NCBI RefSeq assembly: GCF_006345805.1
Contig: NC_043006.1
Span: 105,276,001 to 105,340,000 of the forward strand
Source of the DNA: Octopus sinensis
Taxonomy: Eukaryota
DNA: 64,000 bases
Direction of reading: 5' to 3'
Shown here: in pieces, positions 63,789 to 64,000 of the stretch
Numbering within the stretch: position 1 is the first letter of the stretch
Layout: each line of letters starts with the position of its first letter
Translations under genes and position numbers: made by a program
The notes under the pieces: generated by a model
Databases searched by the model: none
What the model was told of the DNA's origin: nothing
The model's input: the letters and a program-made list of their open reading frames with translations, nothing else

Positions 63789-64000
63789 ATATACACATAC
63801 ATGCATATATATATATTTGTATGTGTGTGTGTGTATGTATGTAAGTATGTATATGGAAAGAGAGAAATGCATTCGCATAATTGGTAGTTAAGTACACCAC
63901 ATGCTGATGGAGGAATTTTGGGATCGTATTTTTGCATCTTATAAAGCATTTGGATTAAACATTAACCAGGACAATACCGTTGCAATCTTGCATTTTTTTC

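Overview
This is AT-rich eukaryotic non-coding DNA, almost certainly from an octopod cephalopod (inferred from the characteristic tRNA-derived SINE families and the microsatellite load). It contains one 100-N assembly gap. I could not support any intact host protein-coding gene: nearly all ORFs in the track are translations of (TA)n, (GATA)n, (CATA)n or trinucleotide repeats. The real coding remnants are transposons. Penelope-like retroelements (PLEs; RT and/or GIY-YIG) occur at about 21.4-21.9, 46.9-47.5, 51.4-54.0 and 62.3-63.0 kb. R4/Dong-like RLE LINEs are at 4.4-4.8 and 40.5-42.6 kb, RTE-like LINEs at 40.1-40.5 and 63.0-63.5 kb, and Tx1/L1-like 3' ends occur three times. DNA elements include a Chapaev-like transposase, a Tigger/pogo N-terminus, Helitron-like non-autonomous elements and several MITEs. 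The most interesting layer, not visible in the ORF track, is a set of minimal type-I hammerhead-ribozyme (HHR)-like motifs from at least five different repeat families. One of them sits in a tRNA-headed SINE present as a head-to-head inverted pair. Three PLE loci and two tRNA-headed elements show inverted or permuted architecture, including a ~2.6 kb near-perfect PLE palindrome. A ~2.6 kb decayed, coding-like stretch at 25.0-27.6 kb remains unidentified. Family names come from motif recognition by eye, with no database search, and most element boundaries are approximate.
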